From positions 256,001 to 320,000 of the forward strand of contig CBDBCZ010000010.1 in NCBI GenBank assembly GCA_965203295.1: a stretch of DNA of 64,000 bases, given 5' to 3'. The translations under genes were made by a program, and so were the position numbers. The stretch's first letter is position 1. The number at the start of each line of letters is the position of its first letter. This document shows positions 1 through 14,100 of this stretch, one piece after another. Origin of the DNA: Nitrospirales bacterium. GTDB taxonomy: Bacteria > Nitrospirota > Nitrospiria > Nitrospirales > UBA8639. The notes beneath the pieces are model-generated. The model saw nothing but the letters and a program-made list of their open reading frames with translations, did no database searches and was not told where the DNA came from.

Positions 1-509
1 AAGTCATGGAGCAGACCACCAGTCCGAGACATGGAGCAGCCTCAAACTCAGCCAGTTAGTATACGTCCTGCCTGCACTGAGGGAGAGCTGGAGTCTGAAC
101 AACATGAAAAGCAGTCAGATGCAACGGCTGTGTCCTTCGGCCAGCATGATCAGAAGTCACAGATGTCAACCACAGGTGTTCTGCAGCCAGCAGTTGATGA
201 AGTCCCTATCCCCATGCCTCAAGATTGGAAATAGAAGATATTCCGTCCATGCATACTCTGAGGATGGACAAGGTCCTGGAAGCACCCATAGTACTCCTGC
301 GACTGGGACGAATTTCTGTGCATTTGATTCAACCCTGTAAGCTGCCAGGACGTTGCGGAAAATTGCTAAAAGGAAAGCTAAAAAGAAACGCTCCTGTCTC
401 TTCCTTTGAATGGCTGTTTGAACCCAAAACAGGACTACACAACAATGCCCTTGAGATTGCTGACGCGGTTGTCATGCCTCACAATGAATGTATCCTGTTG
501 CCAGACTGC
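1..509 (+). mobile_element. 5' part of a Gypsy-type LTR retrotransposon polyprotein region (upstream of RT), cut by the AcademH insertion
   Basis: The 9-bp TSD ccagactgc (501-509 / 5668-5676) joins this segment to the sequence leading into RT at ~6000; no diagnostic motif within this piece itself. Confidence 0.55.
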
Positions 510-709
510 TAGTCTCGTGCCCAGACCCTTCCCCTCCCCTCCAATGAAAAACGGGGGGAAAAAAAGAAAGGAAAGTTGAGGAGAGGGTCTGGCAGCTTTT
601 GCACGTTTGCGTGTGCTCTGTAGGAATGTCTACAGAGCCAATTATTTGCAGAATGTCACGTGATTTTACGCAAAGAATTTAATTACTGAATGCTACACGT
701 GCGAATGCA

Positions 710-1294
710 ATGGCTGCGTACAGAGAGTCCGATATCCTCTTCGCGATCGAAGCAGCTGCCAGGCGGCTGGGGTACCAGCTACGGCCGAAACAGCAAGAAG
801 CTGTCGTGAGTTTTGTAAGCGGTCGGGATGTGTTTGTGTCGCTGCCTACGGGGAGCGGGAAGAGCTTGATTTACAGCGTTCTGCCGTGGACCTTCGACTC
901 TTTGAGGAAGTGTTCCCAGTGATTCAAAGACCCTAAAAGCTCACTGCGAATTGTTATTGCTACTATAGCGCTTGGTATGGGGCTTGATTGCTCTGATATC
1001 CGCCGAGTTATCCAGTGGGGGGTCCCTTCAAATGTGGAATCATACATCCAAGAAACAGGGTGAGTAGGACGCGATGGGAGGGAAGCTTCAGCAGTACTAT
1101 ACTATGGTGGTCGGGATATGATGGGAACACGGGTAGAGGACCCAATGAGAATACTGCTACATGAAAGAAGGCTGCAGGAGAAACACCTAATGAAGGACTT
1201 TGATGATGACACAGAAGCTGTGAATATATCTGGTTGTCAATGTTGTGATTTATGTGCTGCCAATTGTTGTTGTGCATCATGCATTTCGGTATAA
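710..1294 (+). pseudogene. Internally deleted RecQ-like SF2 helicase of AcademH
   Basis: Motif I region LRPKQQEAV..RDVFVSLPTGSGKS (710-922) abuts motif V/VI IATIALGMGLD..QWGVPSNVESYIQETG*VGRDG and a Cys-rich CQCCDLC tail; the middle motifs are missing and there is a stop in motif VI. Confidence 0.85.
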
Positions 1295-2526
1295 ATGTTA
1301 TCTTATATGAACAGCACAGAACTTAATAAAAGTATCATATTAGAGTACACATACTAGAAATACTTTTACATACAAGGGGTGCGGGCATTGTTATGTACCA
1401 TATGATGCATGTTTCTAAAAAAATTGAGTACTCAATTGTGATTCACAGTGTTGTTGCAAATTTGGACGTGAGAAAGATTGATGTTTTGAAGAGCGAAATT
1501 TGCGAGCATTACACATAACATACGTAGTACAAACTTAAGGCATAAATGTTTACTGGTGAATAACAAGTTTTTCTAGTTGCTCTTTCATCCAATCCTTGAA
1601 ATTTTTGTTGTCTAGACCCCGTGTTATGTTGCTCTGAAAGTGCGGAAACTTTTTGTGCCGCCTTTTGGAAGTGAAGTTAAAAAAAGTTTTTCGAGGTCAG
1701 TGGCAGTAGAACGCTTTGAGTGTTTCTCTGTCACCGGGGCAGTTCGTTGACTTTATCAAATTGACCTGTAATTTTCATCGACTCCCCGATGCTTTTTCCA
1801 ATGCGAATAACCGAGCGATCCCCGATATTTGGACCTAGCAATCCAATTGCACTCTCTATTGATGTGCTCCATGTGAAGGTCACACGATACGTTCGTTCCT
1901 GGCCTTCCCCGGGTGTTGACTGTGTGGCTCCACAGAAGTTGTTGTTGCATTCGTGGGGTCAGAAGGTACTCATATTGTGCGAGGAAGGTAAACGCTTCAA
2001 TTGAGTAGTTTGTTCGTTTAGAAGCTTTGAATATGGGGAGAAAATATCTCCAGCATCTAAGGATACGTAACCCATCTTCCTCTTTTATTGCATCCACAAA
2101 CTCCATCAGCAATAGCCCTAAACTCAAGACATCTTTGGCATAGGCAAGAATGTGGTCATTATCTTTGACCTTCTTGGAACTAGTGGAGGTTTCGTACGTG
2201 ACATCCACGAACTACTTGCTTAATTCCTTGTAGAAACAAGACCTTGCGCTGTGAGGGATCCAGCTCCTTTGGGAAGAACTCTGCGGATGGTTGGTCTTCC
2301 AAGGAGGACATGCCAAACACCTGCATAGTTGCAGACAAGATGTGGGCCTCCACTACTAATAAGAAAAACTCCTCACAAGCATTGACACTTTTGGAGGGTT
2401 TTTTGACGATATTCCTCCTATTGATGAGGTTACGTAGCTGGTATAGGGTGCCCGCATCCTTCGAAGAAGAGCAGCTGTACAAGCGTTTCCAGATGACCTA
2501 ATAATGAGTATGTGTGAGAATGTTAA

Positions 2527-3112
2527 CCCTTTGGCTTCCGAGAGCGCCAAATGGCGCTCTTAAAATGCCTTGTCTTATCAACCCCGTAGCGCTGCGTAGT
2601 ACGCAGCAGCCACAATGATCATATCCTGTTTACTTTGCACATGTATTGACCTCTGTACTGATATATATTTTATCAATATTCATAGCTTCCTGTACGGATA
2701 TAACAACCACAAAAATGTCACTCTCGTGCGCTATTGCGCTGTCCGCGTGGCAACTTGTCTGGTCAGTGCTTCCTTCTGGTCTTCTCAGTTTCTGTAGGTT
2801 CTCTATGTCTGTAACCCGTCTGTGCATCTCCATAGCCTATTCTATACTGTAGCTACTGCCTATCAGTCATCATACTCCGTGCTTTAGCTAGCTATCGTGC
2901 TCAGCCAGAAAATCACAAATTTACAACGCGTTTACAAGTCACGTGACCTAACACGTGTTTCCATGGCAACGCATTGTGCTTAGCGCCTCAGGGGATTTCC
3001 CTCAGGGCATTCTGCAGTGCAGTAGGGCCTAGCAGGAGACAGTAATATTTCAGATTACTGGAGGTAAGCTCACAGACAAAAATAATATTTACAAATCTAG
3101 GAAGCCAAAGGG
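2527..3112. mobile_element. piggyBac-type MITE in an intron of the Academ transposase
   Basis: Perfect 13-bp TIR ccctttggcttcc / ggaagccaaaggg with TTAA on both sides (2523-2526, 3113-3116). Confidence 0.9.
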
Positions 3113-4788
3113 TTAAAGTAAAATTGCAAGGCTATTACTACTAATTAGTGACGTTCTGACTCACCCCAAATAGGCACACCTTGGCATGCCAGTCTTCTAC
3201 AACTGGTATTAGCCCTTCTAGGCGATCCTTCCCCCTCTCGGAGTTGCTTCGAATGTCCTTACCTCCTCTTGCTCGCTTTGCAGTTAACATGTCACCACCA
3301 AATAAGAGGTAATGGAATTGGTCAGTGGTGGTATCCATGCTTTCTGAAGAGCCTGGGACTTCTGCGCACTGTTTGGATGTCATAGTGGGCACATACTGGT
3401 GGAGCGATTCCAGGATGGAGATCATGTCTTCATGTTTGATTTCACTTTTAGGAAGAATCCCCAGTGGTACCTAGCCAATAGATAACCAGCAATCAGTTAT
3501 TAACACCCACCAGGTGTCATGCATACAAGTCACAGAAATATAGGCATATATAGCAGTTGATGCTCATGTAACAACTTACCACTTTCGACTTCTGAGCCAT
3601 TTCTTTGTAGTACACATGCTTGATGTTACTCTCCAAACCCGAACCGTAGGTTGCAAAGAAGGGCATGTGTTTCTTGAGCACTCGGCCAATCAGGATAGCA
3701 GAATTTGTCTTGAAGGCAATATCATCATAATGATTTGGGAGAACATCCTCATATCTGACCGACGGTAGGTCTGGCAAAGCAGCATCATCAGGAAGAGATG
3801 ACATATCCAGCCTGTCCTGGACAGCATATATGTTGAAATAATGCAAGGAGGAATTATGAATGCATGTAATATGTACATGATAAAAAACAGAATCTACCTG
3901 AGGTTCGATCATAAACTGCTCCAGTTTCTGCCTCCACTCGTGGACTTCTGCATCGTGCCCCTTTCCAAGCCAGTTGACAGTAGCTATACTCCTCTGATGG
4001 GAAAGGCAAATAAGTAGCCTCTGCAGCCTCCTGAACACCTGCATTTGTTGACATGTACATGTAACAGATATAACACCAAATTTGTTAATTCAGATAGTTA
4101 GTGACTGCTGCAATTCTTAAGTGCAAAGTGTGCATAGTACATAATTATACATGTACATTGCAAATTCATACCTGCTTGGGAGTATGGCCACTGTAAAGAA
4201 TCACAGAAATGATGCGCTGGACGAAGTTCATTCGGGTGTTTCTGTGGTGTAGAAGAATGGCAGCACACAGACCAATAATGGTATTCTCATTGGCTATATA
4301 CGATCTGCCCGTTTTGGAAACGAGACGCCTCTTTGTACGAATGCATCCGCGGAGGAGCTGTAGAAAGGTTGGGGCCTTCTCATGCAACTCGTCAACAAGA
4401 CTGTCCCACGTAAAGGACTGCATTGCCTCTCGCGATGAATTTCGAAGCACAGATGGGTCATCTCGTTTGCACATCGCCATCATCTCCTTTCGGACTAGCT
4501 TGCCTGCTACCCGGATGACTGCCTGTTTGACTTTGGGGTGAGCTATGGCTTGTCTGGCAATTGCACCGGGATTTCTCCTCCCTACACTCCTACCAATCCT
4601 CTTCATGGACGGTGTGAGGTGATGTACAGTGGACCTTGTTCTCCGCTTAACAACCTAAGTGGTGTATGAAATTTCAATATCCTCAGCGTGCTATAACTGA
4701 GGAAGTACCATAGCTAGAGCTGTCACACAAACTTACTGCAACTGCAGGAGAACGGTCGACCGCAGTCTGTTGCAATACTCGTCTTATT

Positions 4789-4995
4789 GGAGTGTCTGTC
4801 CTCTGTCGTCTTCGCTTTGCTGGGGGGTGTCACCAGACTCTAAAGGACGCTTCACAGGAGTGTCTGTCTTCTGCTGTCTTCGCTTTGCTGGGGGGGGGGG
4901 GGGGGGGGTGCCGGCAGACTCCAAAGGACGCTTCTGGATAGGAGTGTCTGTCCTCTGTCATTTTCTCTTTGCTGGGGGGCTGTTACCAGACTCCT
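4789..4995 (-). repeat. Three ~70-80 bp coding repeats (PPAK(R/K)..QxTDTP-like basic motif) in the Academ transposase
   Basis: ggagtgtctgtc(c/t)tctg..tttgctggggg recurs at ~4789, ~4857 and ~4941. Confidence 0.7.
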
Positions 4996-5667
4996 TTAAA
5001 GGAGTTTGTTGTTGGCTTAGCAAGCAAGACACACTGACAAGTGTTACTCAACCACTTAAATTTGCTTCTTTTAGCAGTGGCTTATCTCGCCATGCTTCTA
5101 CCGCTAGCCTCACCTGCAGTTGAAGTTGATGGTTGCAGTCCACGATTGACAGCAGTCTGGCTTATTTTCTGAGATACTTTATTCTCCAGGTGGAAAAGAG
5201 TGGATCTCAACTTCAGTATTCTTTCCACTTGGGAAAAGCACTTTATACACAAATGCGGCTGCTCTGTAGTTGCGATAGTTCCGGGGTCTGCTGGAAGGAA
5301 CCCGCTACCATACCCAGAACGACGAACAAGCACCCTCAACTCCTTCAGTGCGTCGCTCGATGATGGACTGTATAGTCGCCTGCGTTTAGTCGATGGTGCT
5401 CCGATCAGGCATAAAACACAAACAGCCATCGCGCCTCTGCAAGCGGTTGCGCTCACACGGTACACATGCACGTACGTCGCATGCGCGCACACGCACGGCA
5501 GTTTAATTCTATTATTGAATTCCATACTCGTGACGTGACGTATTTACTGAGTCAGCACATTCTAACCGCACGCAAGCAGTCAACAAGAGGGACCAGACCG
5601 TTTCTTCCCGTGCCGGATACTGTAAGCGATCCGGTGCTTGGTTGATTAGGTCTGGCTTGCGAGACTA

Positions 5668-8600
5668 CCAGACTGCAATGCTTCTGGAACACCAACTTGG
5701 TTGAAGAGTGGGCAAGTCCTCGGCTGGCTACTGTGAAGACAATGTCATGGAAATGGATAAATATCCTGATGATGAGGCAGTTGGTGATGAGGACAGGCTG
5801 ATCCTGCGGATGATGAAGCAGTCCATAAAATAAACGTTGACACTGAAGAAATAGACACAACTGGCTTGGTCAACACAAGTCCAAGAGTTGCTTGCCTGAA
5901 ATCAATGTTGCATATGGACCAGCCAGAGATAGATCCTCAAGAGTGAGAAGCCCTGGAAGCCTTCCTGGTTCAGAACGTTTATGTCTTTGCACTCAACAAT
6001 AAAGAATTGGGATGCACAGATGTCGCGCATTGCATTGACACTGGAGACCACAATCCAATTCACCAAGCTCGTCATCATATCCCTTTTGCTCTGCGTAGTC
6101 ATGTGGATACAATGGTCCAAGAAATGTTAGATCAAGATGTCATCCAGCCAACATCCAGCCCTTGGGCTAGCCCAATAGTCCTAGTCAAGAAAAAAGATGG
6201 CTCTATGAGGTTTTATGTGGACTATCGCTGCCTCAATTCTATCACTAAACTGGATGTCTATCCACTTCCTAGAATTGACGACACACTAGATGCCTTAGCT
6301 GGAGCCCGATTCTTTACAACTCTGGATTTAGCTTCGGCAGGTCACAGTTGATCCAGCTGTAAAAGAGAAGACTACTTTTTTTACACATTCAGGATTGTAT
6401 GAATTTAAGATCATGCCGTTTGGCCTATGCAATGCTCCAGCAACCTTTCAACGCTTCATGGAAATTGTTCTTGCAGGCCTAACTCGCAACCAATGTTTCG
6501 TGTACTTGAACAATATTTTGATTGTTTCTCGTTCCTGGGAAGAACATCTTGAGAACCTCCACCTGGTGTTTGTTCATCTACGAAGTGCTGGGCTACGACT
6601 AAAACCAAAGAAATGCACATTTGCCCGACGAAGGGCCTTATACCTCGGACACATAATATCGGAGCGAGGGATTGAAGCAGACCCAGACAAGGATGAGAAT
6701 GTCAGAGAGTACCCTGTACCACAAAACCTGAAGACCCTCCAACAATATTTGGGATTAGCCTCGTATTATCGTCGTTTTTTTCCAAACTTTTCCAAAAATT
6801 GCTAATCCTTTACACCGTCTCACCCGAAAGGATGCACCTTTCATCTGGTCTGACTCATGTCAGGAGTCGTTCGATACTCTAAAGCAGATGTTGACCTCAG
6901 CCCCAGTGCTAGCCTAACCCAACTTTCAGAGACGGTTCATTCTCGAATCTGATGCATCAGGATTTGGACTCGGTGCTGTCCTGGCTCAGAAACAAGAGGA
7001 TGGTTCTATGCATCCAATCGCTTATGCGAGTTGAGGGCTGCAGAAACATGAGCGGAACTACAGTATCAGTTGGCTGGAGGCCTTGGCCGTTGTATGGGCA
7101 ACAAAGCACTTTCACGTGTATCTCTATGGCCACCGCTGTACTGTGTTTACCGACCACAGTGCACTGAAGTCTCTGCTAAATACGCCTCACCCATCTGGAA
7201 AACTGGCACGTTGGGGCTTAGCCTTACGGGAACTTGATTTGGATATCCAATATCGCTCCGGAAAGACCAACGAAAATGCAGACGTGCTTTCCCGATTGCC
7301 TGCACTGGATCATACAACCATTCCTGACCTCAAAGCTCCAAATCACCTGATGGCTAAGCTTGAAGCAGAACCAATGACTGAAGGAGCAGATGCATCAACT
7401 AATGAATGGCAGAAATTACAACGAGAAGATGATGAATATGTTTCAATCATTGTATACCTTGAAAGTAATGCTGTACCCACTGATGCCAAGTTTTCAAGGA
7501 AACTTGTATTAACCACATCACATTTCTTCCTTCTGGATAGTGTCCTCTACCATGTCCAGACAGATGGCTCTTTAATGTTAGCTGTCCCAGAAGCACTTTG
7601 CTACACACTGTTCAAAGAAACCCATGGAGTATTCTCTGGACACCTGTGAGAAGCTAAAATATACAGCCAGCTGAGGAAACATTACTGGTGGCCAGGAATG
7701 CGCTCCGACGTTAGGAAATGGTGTAAAGCGTGTCTAGTGTGTGCAACACGCCAAATAGGACATGCTACCAAACCCCCTCTTTGTCCAATTCCTGTGGCAG
7801 GACCCTTTGACTGTGATGGTGTGGATGTGCTGCAACTACCATGCACCCTCAACTGCAACCAGTATGCAGTGGTGTTTGTAGATTATCTCACCAAAATTAT
7901 GGCCAGAAGAGTTTCCTACGCCTGACCCAACTGCAGAGACAATCGCCAACCTCTTTGTTAGAGATATCATCAGTCGCCATGGTGTCCCTGCCACCAATTT
8001 TCTGTCTGAATTGATGCAGGATATTTGCAAGCTAATGGGAACAGAAAAGGTCAATACTTCATCTTACCACCCACAAACAGACGGCCTCGTTAAAAGATTT
8101 AACAGGACACTAACCTCAATATTGGCTAAGACAGTCGAAAAAGACAAAAGGAACTGGGACCACAGACTCCCCTATGTCCTGTTTGCTTACAGGACCAGCT
8201 TACAGAAGTCCACTCGAAAATCGCCCTTTCATTTGCTGTATGGACGTGATGCCAGACTACCCACTGAAGCTGCATTGAGTCGTCCTCGTACTTGTTATGA
8301 AGTAGACCTGGATGACTACATGGCTGATCTGATAGCAAACTTGTCAGATGCCTAGGGACTAGCTCGACAATGTCCAGCGGCTCAAAAGCGGCAAAAATAC
8401 CAGCATGACCGTCAGGCCACGAGTCACAAGTATCAAGTTGGAGACCGTGTTCATCTATCAACCTAGTGCAGTCCAGGGCAAGACCAGAAAGTTTGCTCGA
8501 CCATTCCATGGACCTTATCGAATACTGGAGTTGACACCCACAAATGCTAGTGTTCGTCCTGTTGATAGGCCTGGAGAAGATCCCATCTTCGTCTCTCTTG

Positions 8601-8686
8601 ATAGAGTTCGTCACAGTCCACACGAAATTCCTGACCAGTCCTGGTTAGGCACTGCCAAAAGAAAGCCCCGAGCCAAGAGAAAATGA
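5668..8686 (+). pseudogene. Gypsy/Ty3 pol: RT, RNase H, integrase, GPY/F module; degenerate
   Basis: SPWASPIVLVKKKDGS..DYR, YPLPRID, MPFGLCNAPATFQ, YLNN (YLDD mutated), DAS/TDH RNase H, H..H/C..C zinc motif, YHPQTDG, GPYRI; many stops and frameshifts. Confidence 0.95.
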
Positions 8687-8789
8687 TGACAAGCTAAGGA
8701 ATCTGAGCTACCAACTACAGCTTCACCAGGAGTCGAAACGCAAGGAGCTTGGTCTGGTCGACTTCGTCAGAGGGCGTCCGAAAAGCAGC

Positions 8790-8966
8790 CCAGGGAGATA
8801 TAATGGACATAACTGACCATTCTTACCTTACAATGATGGACCATTCTTAACTGACAATGCACATGTACTAGTATGTTCAATTGTTCTGTCTGCCTGCATG
8901 CAACTGGAATATTTGACTATATATACCGACTGTATTTCATTTCATGATAATTATGATTCTCATTAA
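8790..8966 (+). repeat. Putative polypurine tract and start of a truncated 3' LTR
   Basis: cagggagata followed by taatggac just after pol; no second LTR in the window to confirm. Confidence 0.35.
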
Positions 8967-8970
8967 TTAA

Positions 8971-9148
8971 CTCACTGAACGCCGTAATTACATCACGCAC
9001 GTGATGGTCCACGCTATAATTTCTACAACAATGGCGTACTAAAAGTTTTAGTTCAGTGTTTGGCTGTTTTTATGCTTACCAATTCAAGTATTCAGTGAAT
9101 TCTGCGTTGTACCTGTTAGAAGACTACCAGCTACAGCCATTAATTAAT
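8971..9148. mobile_element. Terminus of a piggyBac-type element (same family as 24116-24743)
   Basis: TTAA|ctcactgaacgccgtaattacatcacgc.. aligns over ~90 bp with the reverse complement of ~24655-24743. Confidence 0.75.
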
Positions 9149-11167
9149 TTAACCCTTTATAGCACGTAGTATAATGCACCTATCAATACCACGCCCCATG
9201 TCCCCACCCACACCCTACATGGGGATTACATGGGGATTTGACCGCTTTGAATTTCAATTTCCCCATATATGGGGCGCTGCTTAAAGTCAATGCCCCAATA
9301 AAACCCTTATGTTATAAGTAGGGGTTTGACAAAAATTCGATAGAATGTGAACAAAGAAAGTACAGAACTACGTGCAACTTCGACATTTCAGGCAAATATA
9401 ATATTCAGTGGTGGGTAAGGCCTCCAGCTTCTCACACACACAGTGGTACCACATATCACACTTGTCGTATGCAATCCACAGTTCTGTCTCATCAGTTTCT
9501 TCTTCATAGTCACGGCCACATTTTCCACAAAACCACGTAGCAGATGAAGGGCCGGCCAGTGGCAGGTGAGGGTGCAGACGGAATGGCAGGTGAGGGTGCA
9601 GACAGAGTGGCTTTTTTAGCACGGCGGGTTGCAGCTGCTTTGGCAGCACCTCTTTTGCGGTTTTCGATAATGACTTTGAGATGTTCAAGCTATATCTGTA
9701 CTTCGTTGCATGGTAGCTTTGAACTTTCACTGATATCACCCCCATCACTCTCACGGAGACGTTTCGATCTAGTTTTCCCCTTTTTATACACGTACACATC
9801 ATCATCGACTTTAGCACGAGCAAGCTCTAGGAGCTTCTGTCGAGTGTGCAAAAGGGTTGGAGTGCCAACAGCTAACTCCTCGGCAGCCTTGTTGATGTTC
9901 TCTTGGTATGGGGTGAGGAGTTTGGCGGGATCACGGCCGTAGAATTGAGCCTGCTTTCGAATATACTGCTCAGCTTCCTTAGAGCCCTTGTCCTGATCGG
10001 GTACAGCAACATCAGGATTACTTGATGGGCTCACTAGTGTGAAGCCTGTACTTGAAAGCAATAGCCTTGATTGCTTTGAGACTCCAGGCTGTGAGGACAA
10101 GTTAAGGATACTTATGAGTTGGTTGGTGGCCTCTATAATGTAAACTACCGTAGATAGGGAAAGTTTCGTCAGTACCCAACAATGACAACAATTAAAAACA
10201 TGATTTTTTCAACATTGAACATTGAACATTGACCAGAAGCTAAATTTCTAACAAATATTTCTACGAGTGAAATTTCCCGATTTACAGTAGAAAACAAACC
10301 TGCACACTAATATCAGCACCATTTTAACAATGCATTATCCCGTGAATGCAGTGTGAGCGTTAGAGCTAGGAAGTTACTTCTATATACACGAAATTGTATG
10401 AAACACACTCATGACCAGAACTGGTACTGACACTTTGCATGGCTTGCAAATCATGTAATTGCTAAAGCAGCACAGCTTCAGTTGTGATAAGGCCACCAAT
10501 CAGTTCTAATTATTGTACCTGTCAGCTTTGTAGTGCCCACTAATTGTCTGACTAAAATTCTAAAATGAGGTCAACCTTGTCCAACTAATCTGCGCTTTTA
10601 GTTTTTGAGGACTCCCAGTATACTTCTCAGGGTATCCAATGGAAGTACATGTACATCACAGCCTTGGGATAAAGCAACATTCATCTGCCATACCTGAATA
10701 TGGAGAGGGGCACCACTCTGGGAGCCACTGCATTCTGGCTTCTCCTGTACCTATAAAAAAACCTGTAAACAGAGAAATCCGGTGGAAAGTACATGATTGA
10801 TACACACAGGTCTATCGAACTAGACACTCTTCTGCACTTTGCAGCAGCAGAAGATGGCTCTATTGAGCACTTCAGATCCTCCCCTGTGCCCTAAAACGGC
10901 TTGTAGAGAACAGAGAATCTAGCTCCACTGACTAGGTACATACTTGTTGTTGCTGCTGTTGAAGGACGCCAACTCCACCACTCCTCTCAGCACTGCACTT
11001 GTCCTGTAGATACAAATCAAAAAAACGAGTCAACTGGCAAGAACAGCACCGTGACAATGTAGCTAGCTACCTAAACGAGATTTTTTTAAAAATAGCAAGC
11101 TATGGACTAGCAATAGACTAGGCTTTTTCTTACCTTTTCCTGCATGACAACCTTCAAGATGCTCTTA

Positions 11168-14100
11168 GGCCATCAGTATTTAAAAATTCGTTCCGGGTAA
11201 CTCCAGTTGCCAAGAAATGGGTAGGTAGGTAGGATTTTTTTTTGTTTAAAAATTTTTTTTAGTCATCATCACTTGCACGGAGGCAATAAAAAAAAACAAC
11301 ACCCAAAAAAAAAAAAAAAAAAAGAACAGTGTATAGCTAGTACATTACTAAACAAAATGCTGTGCACGTACATATCAAACTGAGTGCTTTCGTTTTTCAC
11401 CAGTCTTAATCTTCATGAATGTGATAGGATTAAGCTGTTTGCTGGTGCAAGATGCACAAATAGGTAAAATTATCTTGTACGTTTCCTTCAAAGCTTGTGG
11501 TACAAAACAATCCTTCTCACCACAGTGAGCACATATAGGTGGCAATTTGAGTGCCTTGTTCGAATAGTAGCTTCTTTCAATCGGGGTCTGGCAGGTTAAA
11601 CTGGTGCGAATGCGTAGTTCTGCTGCCAAAGGATGGCTTTCAGGAAAAATCGGGGAGCCACATACATAAAGGTTGTTTTCCACAGCAAAAGTCAACACCA
11701 CTTCATTCTGTGTGTAAGTCGACTGTTTCTGCAGTGAGGTTTGTCGCAGGCCAAGCACTCTACTACACCTCGCACCTTGGCACCAGTAAATAGTGATGAT
11801 GGCTCTTGCTCCTTTTCCCTCGTTACTACTAGGGATGGACGATCACATTCAGATGTTTCCTGCCCAAAGAGTTGTTCAAATGGTTTGTAGTGTGATTTAT
11901 CCACTGTGAGCAATGGATCTGGTAACCACTGCATGCGAGCAAAGACATCTTGTGGCAAACGTACAGGTCGACAGCAAGAGGGGTCGTTACACTTCCGTAT
12001 TTGGAGGGAATAATGACGCAAGCGACAGTGAGCTTCAGCGAACTTCATAAAGTCCTTGGCTTTGGAAACTTCGGCCTTTTTGGTATTGGACATGGACAGT
12101 TGTTTATCAATCAGCTCTACGAAGCTCCAAAGAGCAGCTATTTTGTCATTTGTTGCAGCATCTCCAATCTTGAAGCGGTTATCCTTCAGCGACAACCTGC
12201 GAAATCGATCTTGCACAAGCGATATTACTGGTGCAAGTGAGTCTACCACAGCTTCTTTGAGAGAAGGATTAGATTCGGCTGCACTACGAATGACAGCCAT
12301 GAAGTTGTATGATTTTAAGGCAGTCTCTACCTCAGAGGAGCACCCTGCTCGCGTTGTTGAGACACACTGTAGACCAAGATTCAGTATAGACATTAGTCTC
12401 TCACATGGATTCCTCCAGCTGTTGTTGGGGGCTGTTTGAACTGCAACCAAAAAGTCAAGGTCAAGCCACCGGAAAGTGCAGATATAACTTATCAGCACAG
12501 AGTCGTATGTAAGCCGATGATCAGGTCCTCCGTCGTGATAAAACAGTACGAGTGGAGGGACATCTTCATTCCCAAAATGGCTTCTTGCAACATCAGCCAT
12601 ATGGCGATATGGACTGGAAGGTTGGAAAATGAATCCTTGACAATTACAATAGGTTGCCCTTGGTAAAATGACTTCAGAGGGTCATCTGGGATATCGCAAA
12701 CTAGGTACACAGAGGGAGTGAGGTTGATCTTCGTAAAATCATGGTCACAAGCACCAAGTATAGCTGTAGAAATAGTCAGAGATGGTCTGTTTCGAATCAC
12801 TGCTGTTTGTGGGGTATCGGGTTCACCTATATAGTCAAAAGAATATTTTACTAAACACACCTGCACATGCACGTATAACAAACTGTAAACTGTTAATTAT
12901 AGTACACACACACATACCAATGGGTATCTTGCTTTTGTCATCAAGAAAGAACAAAGCGGCATGGTTACGAAATTGAACAGCCATTTCTTTCAAGTATCGG
13001 AAAAGCACAGCGCAGTAGAGAGCATGTGTTTTTCGGAGCTGCCGACGCTGAATTTTATATTTTACATCAAAACGACACTTGAAACGTTTTGCTGTCTCAG
13101 AGAACTGGTTACGAGGCCAAAACTGGAAACGAACCCAAGTTTCAGATGGTACTAAAGTGTCTGGTGGAAGGCGTTCTTCGATTTGGCGAATAAGATCAGG
13201 AATAGATATTGCTAAAGGTAGTTGCGCAACATCAGGACCATGCCATCAATCATCTACAGCTTTTCCATACTCTTCTAGTATAACATCAAGTTCTTTCCAA
13301 AATGCATCAAACTGAGATTGTCGTCCTGGATTCAACTCCCTCTTGTCAAGGATTAGGTCAACATCAGGATCATCTAGCATCATTTCCAACCGCTGGTCAA
13401 TATCAAAACCATGAAGCTCCTGGCTACTATCTTCTGTAAGAAAACGATACACACTCCGCAGGATTACTGGTGAAAGCTCTTTGATGTGTCCGTATCGATC
13501 AGTAAACAACTTCCTCATGGCTCGTGATTTGTAAACCTGGAGTGCAGCCTTTACTCTGGAAACTGCAGTGTTTTGCATATGCACAGATCGATCACTTTCT
13601 GATTCAGGGATTTTCCACACGTACGATATGTTCCCTATTTGACTACCTGCATGATACTGAAACAAATAAACTGAGCATGGCAGCTCTAGGTTGGCAAAGA
13701 AACGGTACCTAGTAAACTTATCCTTCGCCGAAAGGTCATCGTTCACAAGAACTGGCTCATAAAATCCTACAGACTCCAATTGAGTTATTAGCCTAGAATA
13801 AATAGGCTTCATTGGCAATTTACTTGCAGGAATGTGACGTGAATCAGTGTTAACATCTGGAGTGTGGCATGAATCCAGGCTCGTGTGTCGCTCATCACTT
13901 CGCTTTAAGCTTTGCTCCATGTCCTCCGCATATGTTCGTAGTACTTTAGCCAACCCCTCAATAGCATTTCTCACTTGACCCCATTGGGTGAGAAATAAGA
14001 GTAATTAACTTGTTCGCATGCTCCATTAGCTCTCTCTTCTCCATTCGTGGGGGCTTCTTACGTTTTGCTACCCAGTCATTATATCCACCTTTATTGCTCT

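Larger units (their letters stand above)
1550..5429 (-). pseudogene. Academ (DUF6589-like) DDE transposase, multi-exon, frameshifted
   Basis: Exonic fragments with GGDMLTAKRARG, RLEGLIPVVEDWHAK, DAGTLYQLRNLINRRN, DAIKEEDGLRILRCWRY, NVSCDLHMEHIN; GT-AG introns; several frameshifts. Confidence 0.8.
510..5667. mobile_element. AcademH-type DNA transposon (helicase + transposase, convergent)
   Basis: Termini tagtctcgtgcccagacc / ggtctggcttgcgagacta (imperfect TIR, TAG..CTA), flanked by a perfect 9-bp TSD ccagactgc; contains RecQ-like helicase and DUF6589-like transposase fragments. Confidence 0.9.

Noticed and set aside
710..1294. Host RecQ/BLM/WRN gene
   Set aside because: Lies inside TSD-bounded Academ TIRs, internally deleted, with a stop codon.
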